A stretch of 64,000 nucleotides of DNA, taken from positions 38,444-102,443 of the forward strand of contig JALHYA010000008.1 in assembly GCA_022868165.1 (NCBI GenBank). The letters are read 5' to 3'. Shown one piece after another: positions 1 through 8,669 of this stretch. The notes beneath the pieces were generated by a model. The model was not told the DNA's origin and did not search any database. It saw nothing but the letters and a program-made list of their open reading frames with translations. Within the stretch, counting starts at the first letter, position 1, and every line of letters begins with the position of its first letter. A program made the translations under genes and the position numbers. This DNA comes from Patescibacteria group bacterium (GTDB lineage: Bacteria > Patescibacteriota > Microgenomatia > UBA8517).

Positions 1-1155
1 AGCAAAAATAGCTATCATGTTAAAGAACGAGATGCTACCGATATATACAGTCTTTTTCATCGAGTAAATAATCGCCGTAACGGAAGGAACGGTGAGGATA
101 AAAGGAATCATAGAAACAGTAAGAGCTTGAAAAACCGGCACAGAGGGCAAATATTTTTGACCGAAAAGAATTAATACAAAAGGCTTGGCAACAATAATCC
201 AAACAATTGTCAATAAAATTATACCCAATGTAACAATGGTGGACTTAACCAGATAGACTCTTTCCTTATTTTTATCTCCAAAGCTGGCCATCCGTGGGGC
301 TAAGACCGAAGAAAAACTGGAGGCTAGAATTATCAAAAAGGAAGTCAGCTTGGAAGGAATCGAATAAAGACCGGTTGCCGTAGCACCTGCGAGTGCGGCC
401 AGCATCTGGATATCAAGCCTTCCCGAAATCGAGGTAATTACCCTATTGACCCCCAGCCAACCGGAGAACTTTGCCAGGTCCAAATAAATATCCTTTCTAG
501 GTCTGGCAAACAGAAACTTTATGCCCGTAAAGATAAATCCTGCAATTGCGGAAATAAATACACCCGCCGCGAAAGCAAAAAGGGTCGTTTTTACATTCAA
601 AATTCCAAATTTTATAAATATTAACGGTATTAAAAGTCTGGGAAGTCCGACAAAAATATCTAAAAGCACAGACTTAAAGAAAAGTTTTTTTGCCTGGAGA
701 ATGTAAGGAAGAAATCCCCAAGCAAGAGCAATAAAAGAGATCAAAGAAACTAAGTATGCAACTTGTTTATCGGCCGTTGCCAACCAATGTTCTGCAATAT
801 ATCCGGCAAAAATAACAACCAAAAGAGAAAGAGCAGCAGCTATAACAACCCTCACAACAAAAGCCGCCTTTGCATACTCATCTGCTCTTCGCTTATCACT
901 CCTGGCCAGATGAATAGAAACGAAATTAACCACACCCGAGGAAAGGCCAAAATCCGATAGAGAGATAAGTATGATTATCAAATTGGATGCTGCAGAAAAT
1001 ACTCCAAAGTCACTTACTGTTAGGGCCCTGGCAATAATAATCGTGAAGAGAAAACCCAAAAAGGCACTAAAAATATTACCTCCAAAAAGAATATAGGTAT
1101 CCTTGGCCGTACCCGAAGTCGCTAATCCCAGAATCTTTTGTAGACGCTTTTTCAT
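1..1155 (-). CDS. Wzx/MOP-superfamily oligosaccharide flippase-like protein (N-terminal part; continues past window start)
   Basis: Manual translation of the minus strand from the ATG at 1153-1155 (MKKRLQKILGLATSGTAKDTYILF...) stays open to position 1. I checked the frame at three places (e.g. ...RLDIQMLAALAGATATGLYS..., ...GFIFTGIKFLFARPRKDIYL...). It is multi-TM and hydrophobic, like polysaccharide-biosynthesis (Polysacc_synt) flippases. It is absent from the ORF track because it has no stop inside the window. Confidence 0.55.
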   Translation of the reverse strand, partial: MKKRLQKILGLATSGTAKDTYILFGGNIFSAFLGFLFTIIIARALTVSDFGVFSAASNLIIILISLSDFGLSSGVVNFVSIHLARSDKRRADEYAKAAFVVRVVIAAALSLLVVIFAGYIAEHWLATADKQVAYLVSLISFIALAWGFLPYILQAKKLFFKSVLLDIFVGLPRLLIPLIFIKFGILNVKTTLFAFAAGVFISAIAGFIFTGIKFLFARPRKDIYLDLAKFSGWLGVNRVITSISGRLDIQMLAALAGATATGLYSIPSKLTSFLIILASSFSSVLAPRMASFGDKNKERVYLVKSTIVTLGIILLTIVWIIVAKPFVLILFGQKYLPSVPVFQALTVSMIPFILTVPSVTAIIYSMKKTVYIGSISFFNMIAIFA

Positions 1156-1164
1156 AAAAATAAT

Positions 1165-1932
1165 TTAGATTTTTATTCCGACTCTTCCCGAATAATCAAC
1201 CCTACTTAATAGAATTGGCTTTTTTATTCTTGCAAAATATCCCTCAACCGCTTTCTTCGCACCCCCGAAGTGGCCGTAATCGTCAATTATTATTACTCCG
1301 CCTTTAACCACCTTCGGAAAGAGAAAATTTAACTCGTGAAGCGTTGATTTATACCAGTCTGTATCCAGCCTTAATAAAGCGATCTTGTCCGGGGTTATTT
1401 TTGGAATTGTTTTTTCCACCCGGCCTTTGACATAAATTAGTTTATCGGAGGGGTACCCAGTCTTTTCCATATTTCGTTTAACTTCTTCGAGGGGAGAGTA
1501 TGTCCACAAGTTGTATCCTTTCCTTCTATTTTTACGCCATTCATTAATCACCGATGTTGAGTCTGCAATCAAAAAATCCCGCTTGTCCGGCTTCGTCATT
1601 CCAGCAAAAGTATCGTAAAAATATATATTTCTGTTCGTGTCTTTGAATTGCAATAATGTGTAGGCCATAGCCATAGCACTGCCACCCTTCCATACACCGC
1701 ATTCGACAAAATCTCCACCAACTTCTAATGCTTCGAGATACTCAATAGATTTATATAAAGCGTAGACCTTTTCTTTTGAAGTAAGAGTATGTTTGCGACA
1801 TTTTTCAAATATCGGTAAAAACTCTTTGTCCATATCCGCATCCATATACATCGGTAAACCCTTTAGGGGCACAATTTTGAATCCAAACAAAGCGATCATT
1901 TTTTCAAATAGAGTTCTTAAGGTGTTAATCAT
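1165..1932 (-). CDS. TylF/MycF-family (macrocin-type) sugar O-methyltransferase
   Basis: Motifs GDFVECGVWKGGSAMAMA and LRLDTDWYKST, about 255 aa, as in TylF/MycF/NovP O-methyltransferases acting on deoxysugars. Confidence 0.75.
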   Translation of the reverse strand: MINTLRTLFEKMIALFGFKIVPLKGLPMYMDADMDKEFLPIFEKCRKHTLTSKEKVYALYKSIEYLEALEVGGDFVECGVWKGGSAMAMAYTLLQFKDTNRNIYFYDTFAGMTKPDKRDFLIADSTSVINEWRKNRRKGYNLWTYSPLEEVKRNMEKTGYPSDKLIYVKGRVEKTIPKITPDKIALLRLDTDWYKSTLHELNFLFPKVVKGGVIIIDDYGHFGGAKKAVEGYFARIKKPILLSRVDYSGRVGIKI

Positions 1933-3539
1933 TTCTTAACAAGAAGAACGGCTCTCGCGGACTGATTCTCGTAATCTTCTTCCGCTTTAATTGTAAATAC
2001 GCCCTTAACCTTAAAATTTTGAGATAAGTACTTATCATCTATTTTTTGAGGACTTTCGAAGGCTTGCCTCCACTGAGGCCCCATATAATAATTCTCGTCA
2101 TCCATAAGATAACTGGTCAGAAAAATTGCGTCAAAATCCAAAGTCTTATTTTCCGAAGAAAGCATTTCCGGGGTCAGCGGAAACCAAACAGTCTTTCTTT
2201 CTCCATACCAACTTCCCCATGTATCAAGATTGGTAACAACCACATCCGAAGGGCTGGTATTTTCCCTCAGAAGCTTTGACAAGACTACGTAAACCGGAGG
2301 TTTGCCCGAATTCAAAGCTTTGTTAACAGACCTGGAATCCAGAAAAATTGCTCCTAGCGTTTGCCCGACAATAAAAAACAAAATAAGAATCAGCGAAGCG
2401 GTGCCCACAAGATACTTTTTTTCCTTAAATATGGTTTCGATTATCCAAACGAGTGTTCCAACCGCACATATGTATACAAATGGTATTACGGGATGAATAT
2501 ACCTGAAGAAAGGGATTGTCAGGGCAACCATTAACAGACTCGCCAAAAGGATCGCCAGAGATGTAAATTTGAAAATATTTTGAAACTTATCTTTCTTCCA
2601 CCAGAAAAGACCCAAAACAAATAAGCCAAACATATAAGGAGACATTATTTGGGGCATCAATTTGTAGAAGTTATACAGGTTATAGAATGTTTTCTTCAAA
2701 ATTCCCAAAATCGTAACATTTGTAGCCAAGCCACCCCTTAATGCATCTGAAATTGCAAAGTTTGAAGAGTACTGGAAAAAGGCCTGGAGACCTCGAATAA
2801 ATATCGGATAAACAGGAATTTTAAAGGAAAGAGGATAAAGAATAAATCTGTCTACAGCAAAAAATGCCATAACAAACAGAAATAGCCATAACACTGCCTT
2901 CTTAACCGAAAAGTTTATGGCCAACCACATAAATAATAGGAGTACTATAAACAGGAAACCTTGGGGTCTGGTTAGATAAAGCATGACAAAAATACCAAAA
3001 GCAAGGATATTGCTCCATTTCCGTTTTAAAAGAATAAGGTATGCCGCCAAAACAGCTAAAAAAGAAAAAAGCGTTTCGGAAGCTCCGCTTGTGGCATAAT
3101 CAAGAAAGTTAATGTTTGCTGCCACTGCCAATGAAGACAAAAATCCTACCAAATTTCCGAAAAGCTTTCTGGCCAATAAATATATTGATACAACTAAACC
3201 CAGATAAAAAATTCCCGAAGTTAAAATTACGCTAAAATCCGATGGGCCAAAGAATCTAAAAGCCAAAGATATGGCAAATTGCATAGCCACGGGGACGCCG
3301 CGAGCAGAAAAAAAACTTACCTGCGGTTGCCCAAAAAGCGTGGAGCTAAAAAAGCTAAAATTTGCTTTGTAGCCGTTTCCGGCCAACACATTTCTTGCGA
3401 TATCGGCAAACTTAGCAGCATCGGAAAAGTGTAGGTACCTTGAAGTTGAGAAGGAATAATAAGAGAGGAATAGCAAAACAGAAATCAAACAAAGTAAAAT
3501 AATGGCAATGTTTCTTTTCTCAAATAATTTCTTGTACAT
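1929..3539 (-). CDS. Polytopic GT-C membrane glycosyltransferase, ArnT/PMT-like, with C-terminal periplasmic domain
   Basis: About 12 predicted TM helices. The N-terminal loop RYLHFSDAAKFADIARNVLAGNGY resembles the PMT_2 catalytic loop, and the C-terminal soluble domain resembles that of the downstream ArnT-like paralogs. Start probably the internal M (MYKKLFEKRNIAIILL) at 3539, not the track start at 3623. Confidence 0.5.
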   Translation of the reverse strand: MYKKLFEKRNIAIILLCLISVLLFLSYYSFSTSRYLHFSDAAKFADIARNVLAGNGYKANFSFFSSTLFGQPQVSFFSARGVPVAMQFAISLAFRFFGPSDFSVILTSGIFYLGLVVSIYLLARKLFGNLVGFLSSLAVAANINFLDYATSGASETLFSFLAVLAAYLILLKRKWSNILAFGIFVMLYLTRPQGFLFIVLLLFMWLAINFSVKKAVLWLFLFVMAFFAVDRFILYPLSFKIPVYPIFIRGLQAFFQYSSNFAISDALRGGLATNVTILGILKKTFYNLYNFYKLMPQIMSPYMFGLFVLGLFWWKKDKFQNIFKFTSLAILLASLLMVALTIPFFRYIHPVIPFVYICAVGTLVWIIETIFKEKKYLVGTASLILILFFIVGQTLGAIFLDSRSVNKALNSGKPPVYVVLSKLLRENTSPSDVVVTNLDTWGSWYGERKTVWFPLTPEMLSSENKTLDFDAIFLTSYLMDDENYYMGPQWRQAFESPQKIDDKYLSQNFKVKGVFTIKAEEDYENQSARAVLLVKK

Positions 3540-3622
3540 CGAGACCTGCCTTTGACTGAAATTATACATTAAGGAGCGTGACATATCAGCTATCTTGATA
3601 TAAAATTCAGCAGATATTGACA

Positions 3623-4456
3623 ATGAAAGATAGCGAACAAACTATAATCATTCAGGCCAAAACAAATCCATTAAAAATTAATTGGAAAGAAATTTGGGAA
3701 AGCCGAGATCTTTTTTATTTCCTGACGTGGAGAGACATAAAAATTCGTTATAAACAAACTATTCTGGGGGTATTATGGATTATCATTCAACCACTGGTAT
3801 CAATGGTTATTTTTACCTTAGTGTTTGGAAATTTTGCGAAGATTCCATCGGATAACATTCCTTTTCCCATTTTTGTATTTATAGGACTTTTATTCTGGAA
3901 TTTCTTTTCTGCCGCTCTTTCTAGCTCTGCGAATAGTCTTATTTCAAACGAAAACATACTTAAGAAAGTTTATTTCCCACGTCTGATGGCACCGGTTTCG
4001 TCGACTTTTGCACACATAGTCGACCTGATTCCAACCTTGATTATCTTATTAGGTCTTTTGGTTTATTACAATGTGAGACTAACGCCCCAAATGATGTTCT
4101 TTTTGCCTGTTTTACTTTTTATACTATTGGTATGGGCATTAGGAATCGGGATGTTTCTCGCACCAATAAATGCAAAGTTCAGAGATATCAGATACATCCT
4201 GCCCTTTTTTATTCAATTGGGATTTTTCGTTACACCAGTTGTTTATCCCACAAGTTTCTTTGGCGGTTCTTTGCGTTTTTTCAGGGTCATAAATCCTGTT
4301 GCTGAGGCGATCGAAGTTTCTAGGTCGGGATTTTTCGGAACGAGACCGATGGATTGGTTCATTTTTGGCCTATCTACTCTTTTTGTTTTGGTAACCTTTC
4401 TTATCGGGTTGTATTATTTTAGAACCCAAGAAGATAAATTCATTGATATTTTATAA
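3623..4456 (+). CDS. wzm: ABC-2 type polysaccharide exporter permease (Wzm/TagG/KpsM-like)
   Basis: Six-TM ABC-2 permease of about 277 aa with the typical loop ...YKQTILGVLWIIIQP.... It sits immediately upstream of, and is coupled to, an ABC ATPase. Confidence 0.8.
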   Translation: MKDSEQTIIIQAKTNPLKINWKEIWESRDLFYFLTWRDIKIRYKQTILGVLWIIIQPLVSMVIFTLVFGNFAKIPSDNIPFPIFVFIGLLFWNFFSAALSSSANSLISNENILKKVYFPRLMAPVSSTFAHIVDLIPTLIILLGLLVYYNVRLTPQMMFFLPVLLFILLVWALGIGMFLAPINAKFRDIRYILPFFIQLGFFVTPVVYPTSFFGGSLRFFRVINPVAEAIEVSRSGFFGTRPMDWFIFGLSTLFVLVTFLIGLYYFRTQEDKFIDIL

Positions 4457-4458
4457 AT

Positions 4459-5703
4459 ATGAGTGACATCGTAATAAAAGCCGAGTCGATAAGTAAGCAA
4501 TATATTCTTGATAAATATGGGAGATATTATTCGATTCGCGATTATATCTCCGAAACTCCTCAAAGAATCTTTCATCAGGTCTCTCGGAGGGCAAAAACTA
4601 AAAGTTTTTGGGCTTTAAAAAACATTTCCTTTAAAGTTGAAAGGGGTGAGGTTTTGGGCGTAATCGGTAGAAATGGTGCAGGCAAAAGTACACTACTAAA
4701 AATCTTGTCAAGAATTATGCCTCCGACCAGGGGTAGAGCCACTATCCATGGGAGAGTCGCCAGCATGCTGGAAATAGGCACTGGTTTTAATTCGGAGCTG
4801 ACCGGGCGGGAAAATATTTACCTAAACGGGGCAATTTTAGGAATGAAAAGAAAAGAAATCAATTCGAAATTTGACCAAATTGTTGAATTTTCCGAAATAG
4901 GGCAATTTATTGATGTTCCGGTAAAGAAATACTCTAGCGGAATGTATGTAAGGCTAGCTTTTTCGGTTGCCGCCCATCTTGACCCAGAAATAGTACTTCT
5001 AGATGAGGTCTTGGCGGTTGGTGATTTACCCTTTCAAAGAAAATCGTTAAAGAAAATGAAATCAATTGCGAAAGACGAAGGACGCACCGTTATATTTGTC
5101 AGCCACAATCTTTCGTCCGTAGATTCTTTGTGTAATAAGGCCTTACTTCTTGAAAAGGGCAGGGTGACGGCATATGGGAAAACCAGAGAGGTGATCACAA
5201 AATATGTAACCGGCTTTATGCCCAAAAAGACCCCTATTTCAAAAATGACTTCTCGCGAGGGAACCGGAAAGATAAAGCTTATGGATTTTTGGATAGAAGA
5301 CCAGAATCACAAAAAAACCGCCTTTGTAAGAAGCGGCGATCATTGTTTTTTTGTCTTTAAATACGCCTGTCCTAAAAAAATAAAGGGCGAGACCGTAGAT
5401 GGGGGTTTTACAATTTTTTCTGTTCTGGATCAACCTCTTTTTTCCCACTATCTTTCTTATACTAGACAAGAAATTAGGAATCTTCCGGTTAAAGGAACCC
5501 TTTTTTTTGAATTTCCTAAATTTCCGCTCGCCAGGGGGGAATATAAAATTGGAATTAGCCTAGCTACTAACGGCATTACTGCAGATATAATCCCTTTTGC
5601 TGCGCAAATGTCGGTCCAAGACGGCGACTTTTATCGCCCCAATGTTACTCTAGACCAAAGCAACCCTCCATTTTTTATCGATGGAAAGTGGATTACTGGC
5701 TAG
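4459..5703 (+). CDS. wzt: ABC polysaccharide exporter ATP-binding protein with C-terminal carbohydrate-binding domain (Wzt-like)
   Basis: Walker A GRNGAGKST, an ABC signature YSSGMYVRLAF and a Walker B LLDEV. An extra C-terminal domain of about 160 aa is typical of Wzt proteins that recognise a terminal glycan cap. Confidence 0.8.
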   Translation: MSDIVIKAESISKQYILDKYGRYYSIRDYISETPQRIFHQVSRRAKTKSFWALKNISFKVERGEVLGVIGRNGAGKSTLLKILSRIMPPTRGRATIHGRVASMLEIGTGFNSELTGRENIYLNGAILGMKRKEINSKFDQIVEFSEIGQFIDVPVKKYSSGMYVRLAFSVAAHLDPEIVLLDEVLAVGDLPFQRKSLKKMKSIAKDEGRTVIFVSHNLSSVDSLCNKALLLEKGRVTAYGKTREVITKYVTGFMPKKTPISKMTSREGTGKIKLMDFWIEDQNHKKTAFVRSGDHCFFVFKYACPKKIKGETVDGGFTIFSVLDQPLFSHYLSYTRQEIRNLPVKGTLFFEFPKFPLARGEYKIGISLATNGITADIIPFAAQMSVQDGDFYRPNVTLDQSNPPFFIDGKWITG

Positions 5704-5705
5704 AA

Positions 5706-6734
5706 ATGCTAAATAAGATATTTGTAGTAATTCCGGTACATAATCGGCTCGAATACTCGAAAAAATGTCTTACCTCATTTAAAAATCAGACCTATAAAAA
5801 CTTCGAAGTAATAGTCGTTGATGACGGTTCAGGAGATGGAACGTCAAACTACATAAAGAAAAGATATCCTCAATATACTGTCATAAAGGGGCCCGGAGAT
5901 TGGTGGTGGGCCAAATCGATGGCAACTGGAATAGAATATGCCCTGAAAAATGCTGATAAAAATGATTTCATATTATCTATGAATAATGACTGCTATTTTA
6001 ATAAGGAGTACCTTCGTGAAATTTTAAAGAAAAGTATCTCGAATAACTATGCAATTGTGGGTTCAATAATATTGGATTCGCAGAACCCCACAAGGGTTAT
6101 TGAAGCAGGCATCAAAATAAACTGGAGACATGCTTTGATTTATGGAATAGCCGACAATATATCAAATGACATTCGCTTTTATACCGACAGGGTAGACCTT
6201 AAGGAAATAGATACTTTGCCAGGAAAAGGCACACTTTTCCCAGTCCGAGTTGTTAAAAAAGTCGGGAATTTTAATTACAAAAGGCTTCCCCATTATATCG
6301 CTGACTATGAATTTTTCTGCCGTGCCAAAAAGCACGGGTTCAAACTAGTAGTTTCTAGCCGAGCCAGACTTTATAACTTTGCAAAGAAAACGGGAACCAG
6401 CCATGTTAAAAAACATACCGGTTCCTACAAAGAAGTATTAAATGTTCTTTTTGGTCGAAAATCTAAATTGAATATTATGGATCATACAAATTTTTTGCTT
6501 TTGGCGTGCCCGCACAAATATCTTCTTCGAAACTTTATGGAAGTTTCAAAAAAAATTCGAGGTTATGCTTTAATGCTCTTTCCTTTTTACTATATAAAAA
6601 TTGCACTGGATATTTATTATCGTGGGAAAATGCAATACCAGCTCCTTTTACACAATATTCCTATCTATTTTCGCCAGAATCCAATACTTTCTAAATTGAA
6701 CCTTACAAAAACCAAAATATTTAAAAAGAGATAG
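5706..6734 (+). CDS. Family 2 glycosyltransferase (GT-A)
   Basis: N-terminal IFVVIPVHNRLEYSKKCLTSFKNQTYKNFEVIVVDDGSGDGT, a GT2 signature with a DxD region. Start is likely the ATG at 5706, just after the wzt stop. Confidence 0.75.
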   Translation: MLNKIFVVIPVHNRLEYSKKCLTSFKNQTYKNFEVIVVDDGSGDGTSNYIKKRYPQYTVIKGPGDWWWAKSMATGIEYALKNADKNDFILSMNNDCYFNKEYLREILKKSISNNYAIVGSIILDSQNPTRVIEAGIKINWRHALIYGIADNISNDIRFYTDRVDLKEIDTLPGKGTLFPVRVVKKVGNFNYKRLPHYIADYEFFCRAKKHGFKLVVSSRARLYNFAKKTGTSHVKKHTGSYKEVLNVLFGRKSKLNIMDHTNFLLLACPHKYLLRNFMEVSKKIRGYALMLFPFYYIKIALDIYYRGKMQYQLLLHNIPIYFRQNPILSKLNLTKTKIFKKR

Positions 6735-6751
6735 CTTCACCATTAATATGT

Positions 6752-6769
6752 CGAGAAATCATTTTCTCG
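6752..6769. terminator. Weak hairpin between convergent genes (CGAGAAA-tcat-TTTCTCG)
   Basis: A 7-bp perfect stem with a 4-nt loop overlaps the stop of the minus-strand gene. No flanking U-tract. Confidence 0.2.
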
Positions 6770-7343
6770 CGTCCAAGATAATAGACGTATAGATGAATGC
6801 GTTTCCCTTATTTCTTTCGTCGAATCTTTTTGATCTGTGTATCGGGCCGTCCTCGGAACTCCATTTATTTAAATGAAAACGACCGTTCTCATCAAAATAC
6901 TCCAATAGCTTAATTTCAAATCCGACCGATTTGAAAAGTTGAGAAAATGTTTGATATGTATAAAGAACCTTGTGGTCTTTTGCTCCTGCGCCCGTGCCCC
7001 CGGGCTTTACCCAATCCATATAGCGCTCATTGGGAAAAAAGCCGTCCGGAACTGCCACTCTCACGTACCCGCCTTTCCTGAGATACTTATAACAATTCTT
7101 GGCGGCAATGATTGCTTCTTTCGGCGTCAAATGTTCCCAAACATGTTCCGCCAAAATCGCATCGATTGACCCAGGCTTAAAATTATTCTCCCAATCTTCC
7201 GACTTTATTAAATTCAATTCGTCTTCTTCGGTGGAGATCCAACCGGGCCGCTTTGTTAAGCTAGCTCCTACGATAATTCTGCGGGGCTTCCCCTTTGCCA
7301 ACCTTTTCAACCTTTGTTGTAAGTCCCCCATTTTACGATACAA
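6759..7343 (-). CDS. Putative SAM-dependent methyltransferase (COG4627-like, atypical motif I)
   Basis: ...DAILAEHVWEHLTPKEA...LRKGGYVRV... resembles motif II/III of Methyltransf_11/23 proteins. There is no clean GxGxG motif, so the call is tentative. Confidence 0.45.
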   Translation of the reverse strand: MYRKMGDLQQRLKRLAKGKPRRIIVGASLTKRPGWISTEEDELNLIKSEDWENNFKPGSIDAILAEHVWEHLTPKEAIIAAKNCYKYLRKGGYVRVAVPDGFFPNERYMDWVKPGGTGAGAKDHKVLYTYQTFSQLFKSVGFEIKLLEYFDENGRFHLNKWSSEDGPIHRSKRFDERNKGNAFIYTSIILDARK

Positions 7344-7381
7344 TGCTAAATGTTAGCACAAAAAAAATGTAAATTCACAAT

Positions 7382-8368
7382 ATGGAAAAATGTAAAATAT
7401 GCTACGGCCAGCTAGTTAGAAAATATAAAAATCTTTTTGACAATAGACATGGATATCCAGGAAGATTTTATATTTATCAATGTAGAAACTGTGGATTTAT
7501 GGAAACTTTTCCGCAACTTCGAAGGAACAAATTAACTCAAATATATTCGAAGTATTATCCCCGACAAAATATCGATATAAAACAAGTAGCATTGGCAGGT
7601 AAAAATATTCCCTCCCCCACAGAAATTTACTGGAAAGGTCTGGCCACGTCTTGCCATTTTGCCACGAAAAAACTAGATAAAGTATTAGATATAGGTTCCG
7701 GAGTGGGATATTCCTTAGTCGAAATAAGAAAACTTGGCGGAGAGGCTTGGGGGATAGACCCCGACAACAATGCGAAGAAAATTGCACAAAGACTTAAACT
7801 AAAATTTCATAAAGCCTTCCTAGAAAATTGCCCTTTCCCAAAAAATTATTTCGACTTAATCACCGCATCACAAGTAATCGAGCATGAATCGAACCCTTTA
7901 GAATTCCTAAATTTATGCAAAGAATTTCTTAAAGATAAGGGCAGAATTATCTTAAGTTTTCCCAACACCGATTCCTTATATAGAAAAATTTGGGGCAAAA
8001 ATTGGCTCCACTGGCATATCCCCTATCATTTAAATCACTTTAATAAAAAATCCTTTAGGATTCTGGCGAGAAATTCCGGCCTAAAGATAGTCTCGATAAA
8101 AACAATAACCCCCAACCTTTGGACAATTCTGCAAATTAAGTCGCTTTTAAACAACCCCAAAGAAGGAACCCGAGATATGATGTGGAATGGAGTCGTACAA
8201 AATAGCAAGGATAGTGGAAAGAAAATATCCTTGCTTAATACATTACTTCAACGTCTTCTTCCGCAAATCGAGAAGTTATTGGTTACAAACAGATTTGTTG
8301 ATTTTTTGGGCCTGGGAGAAAGTTTTGTCATCGAACTTAAAGTAATAAAATTGAGGTCAAATATATAA
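7382..8368 (+). CDS. Class I SAM-dependent methyltransferase with N-terminal Cys4 zinc-ribbon
   Basis: N-terminal CKICYG...CRNCGF (CxxC...CxxC) followed by VLDIGSGVGYSL (motif I) and ...FDLITASQVIEH (motif II). This architecture resembles NDP-hexose C-methyltransferases of the TcaB9/TylC3 type. Confidence 0.6.
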   Translation: MEKCKICYGQLVRKYKNLFDNRHGYPGRFYIYQCRNCGFMETFPQLRRNKLTQIYSKYYPRQNIDIKQVALAGKNIPSPTEIYWKGLATSCHFATKKLDKVLDIGSGVGYSLVEIRKLGGEAWGIDPDNNAKKIAQRLKLKFHKAFLENCPFPKNYFDLITASQVIEHESNPLEFLNLCKEFLKDKGRIILSFPNTDSLYRKIWGKNWLHWHIPYHLNHFNKKSFRILARNSGLKIVSIKTITPNLWTILQIKSLLNNPKEGTRDMMWNGVVQNSKDSGKKISLLNTLLQRLLPQIEKLLVTNRFVDFLGLGESFVIELKVIKLRSNI

Positions 8369-8470
8369 CATCCTTAAGCAAACTAAAGTTTGCGGTTCCC
8401 TTTGAATGAGGATGATATATCAGGTTCAATTCCTCCACGAATAAAAATTCGTGGTATCCTTGAAACTGTT

Positions 8471-8668
8471 ATGAAAGTTATTATCGACACCAAGAAATGT
8501 ATTTTTTGCGGTGCCTGTGAAGAATTGACCCTAAAAGCAATAATTTCTCCCGGAGACAAACCGGCTTCCTTAAACCCTAAAGCCAACCTTAATGACCCGG
8601 TGACCAAAGAAAACATTAAAATGGCTGCCGAAACTTGTCCTCAACGAGCTATTAAAATAAAACCCTAA
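8471..8668 (+). CDS. Small 4Fe-4S ferredoxin
   Basis: MKVIIDTKKCIFCGACEE...AETCPQRAIKI gives a CxxCxxC...CP cluster-binding pattern in 65 aa. The track ORF 8390-8668 is probably the same gene with an over-extended N-terminus. Confidence 0.6.
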   Translation: MKVIIDTKKCIFCGACEELTLKAIISPGDKPASLNPKANLNDPVTKENIKMAAETCPQRAIKIKP

Positions 8669-8669
8669 A

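Noticed and set aside
2046-2496. Small plus-strand ORFs (2046-2279, 2302-2496) and many similar 60-130 aa ORFs across the window (e.g. 4575-4781, 13234-13416, 17612-17824, 37207-37482, 42268-42552, 48219-48608, 61206-61394)
   Set aside because: Each lies entirely inside, and antisense or out-of-frame to, a long well-supported CDS with recognisable domains. Their composition is low-complexity mirror translation, so they are treated as spurious.
3540-3622. Divergent promoter region between the ArnT-like gene and wzm, including an AAGGAG Shine-Dalgarno-like hexamer at about 3572
   Set aside because: The AAGGAG is not followed by an in-frame start of a credible ORF. The candidate -35/-10 hexamers have poor spacing on both strands. 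A promoter is expected here, but I cannot place it confidently.
8435-8454. Hairpin CCACGAA-taaaaa-TTCGTGG upstream of the ferredoxin gene, considered as a rho-independent terminator for the upstream MTase
   Set aside because: No U-tract follows (…gtatccttgaa…). It is more likely a chance AT-rich dyad or a minor 5'-UTR structure, and I cannot support a terminator call.
8390-8470. Upstream 27-codon extension of the ferredoxin ORF (track start at 8390)
   Set aside because: The extension (MRFPLNEDDISGSIPPRIKIRGILETV) has no ferredoxin-like features and contains the hairpin above. The canonical small ferredoxin begins at MKVIIDTKKC (8471).
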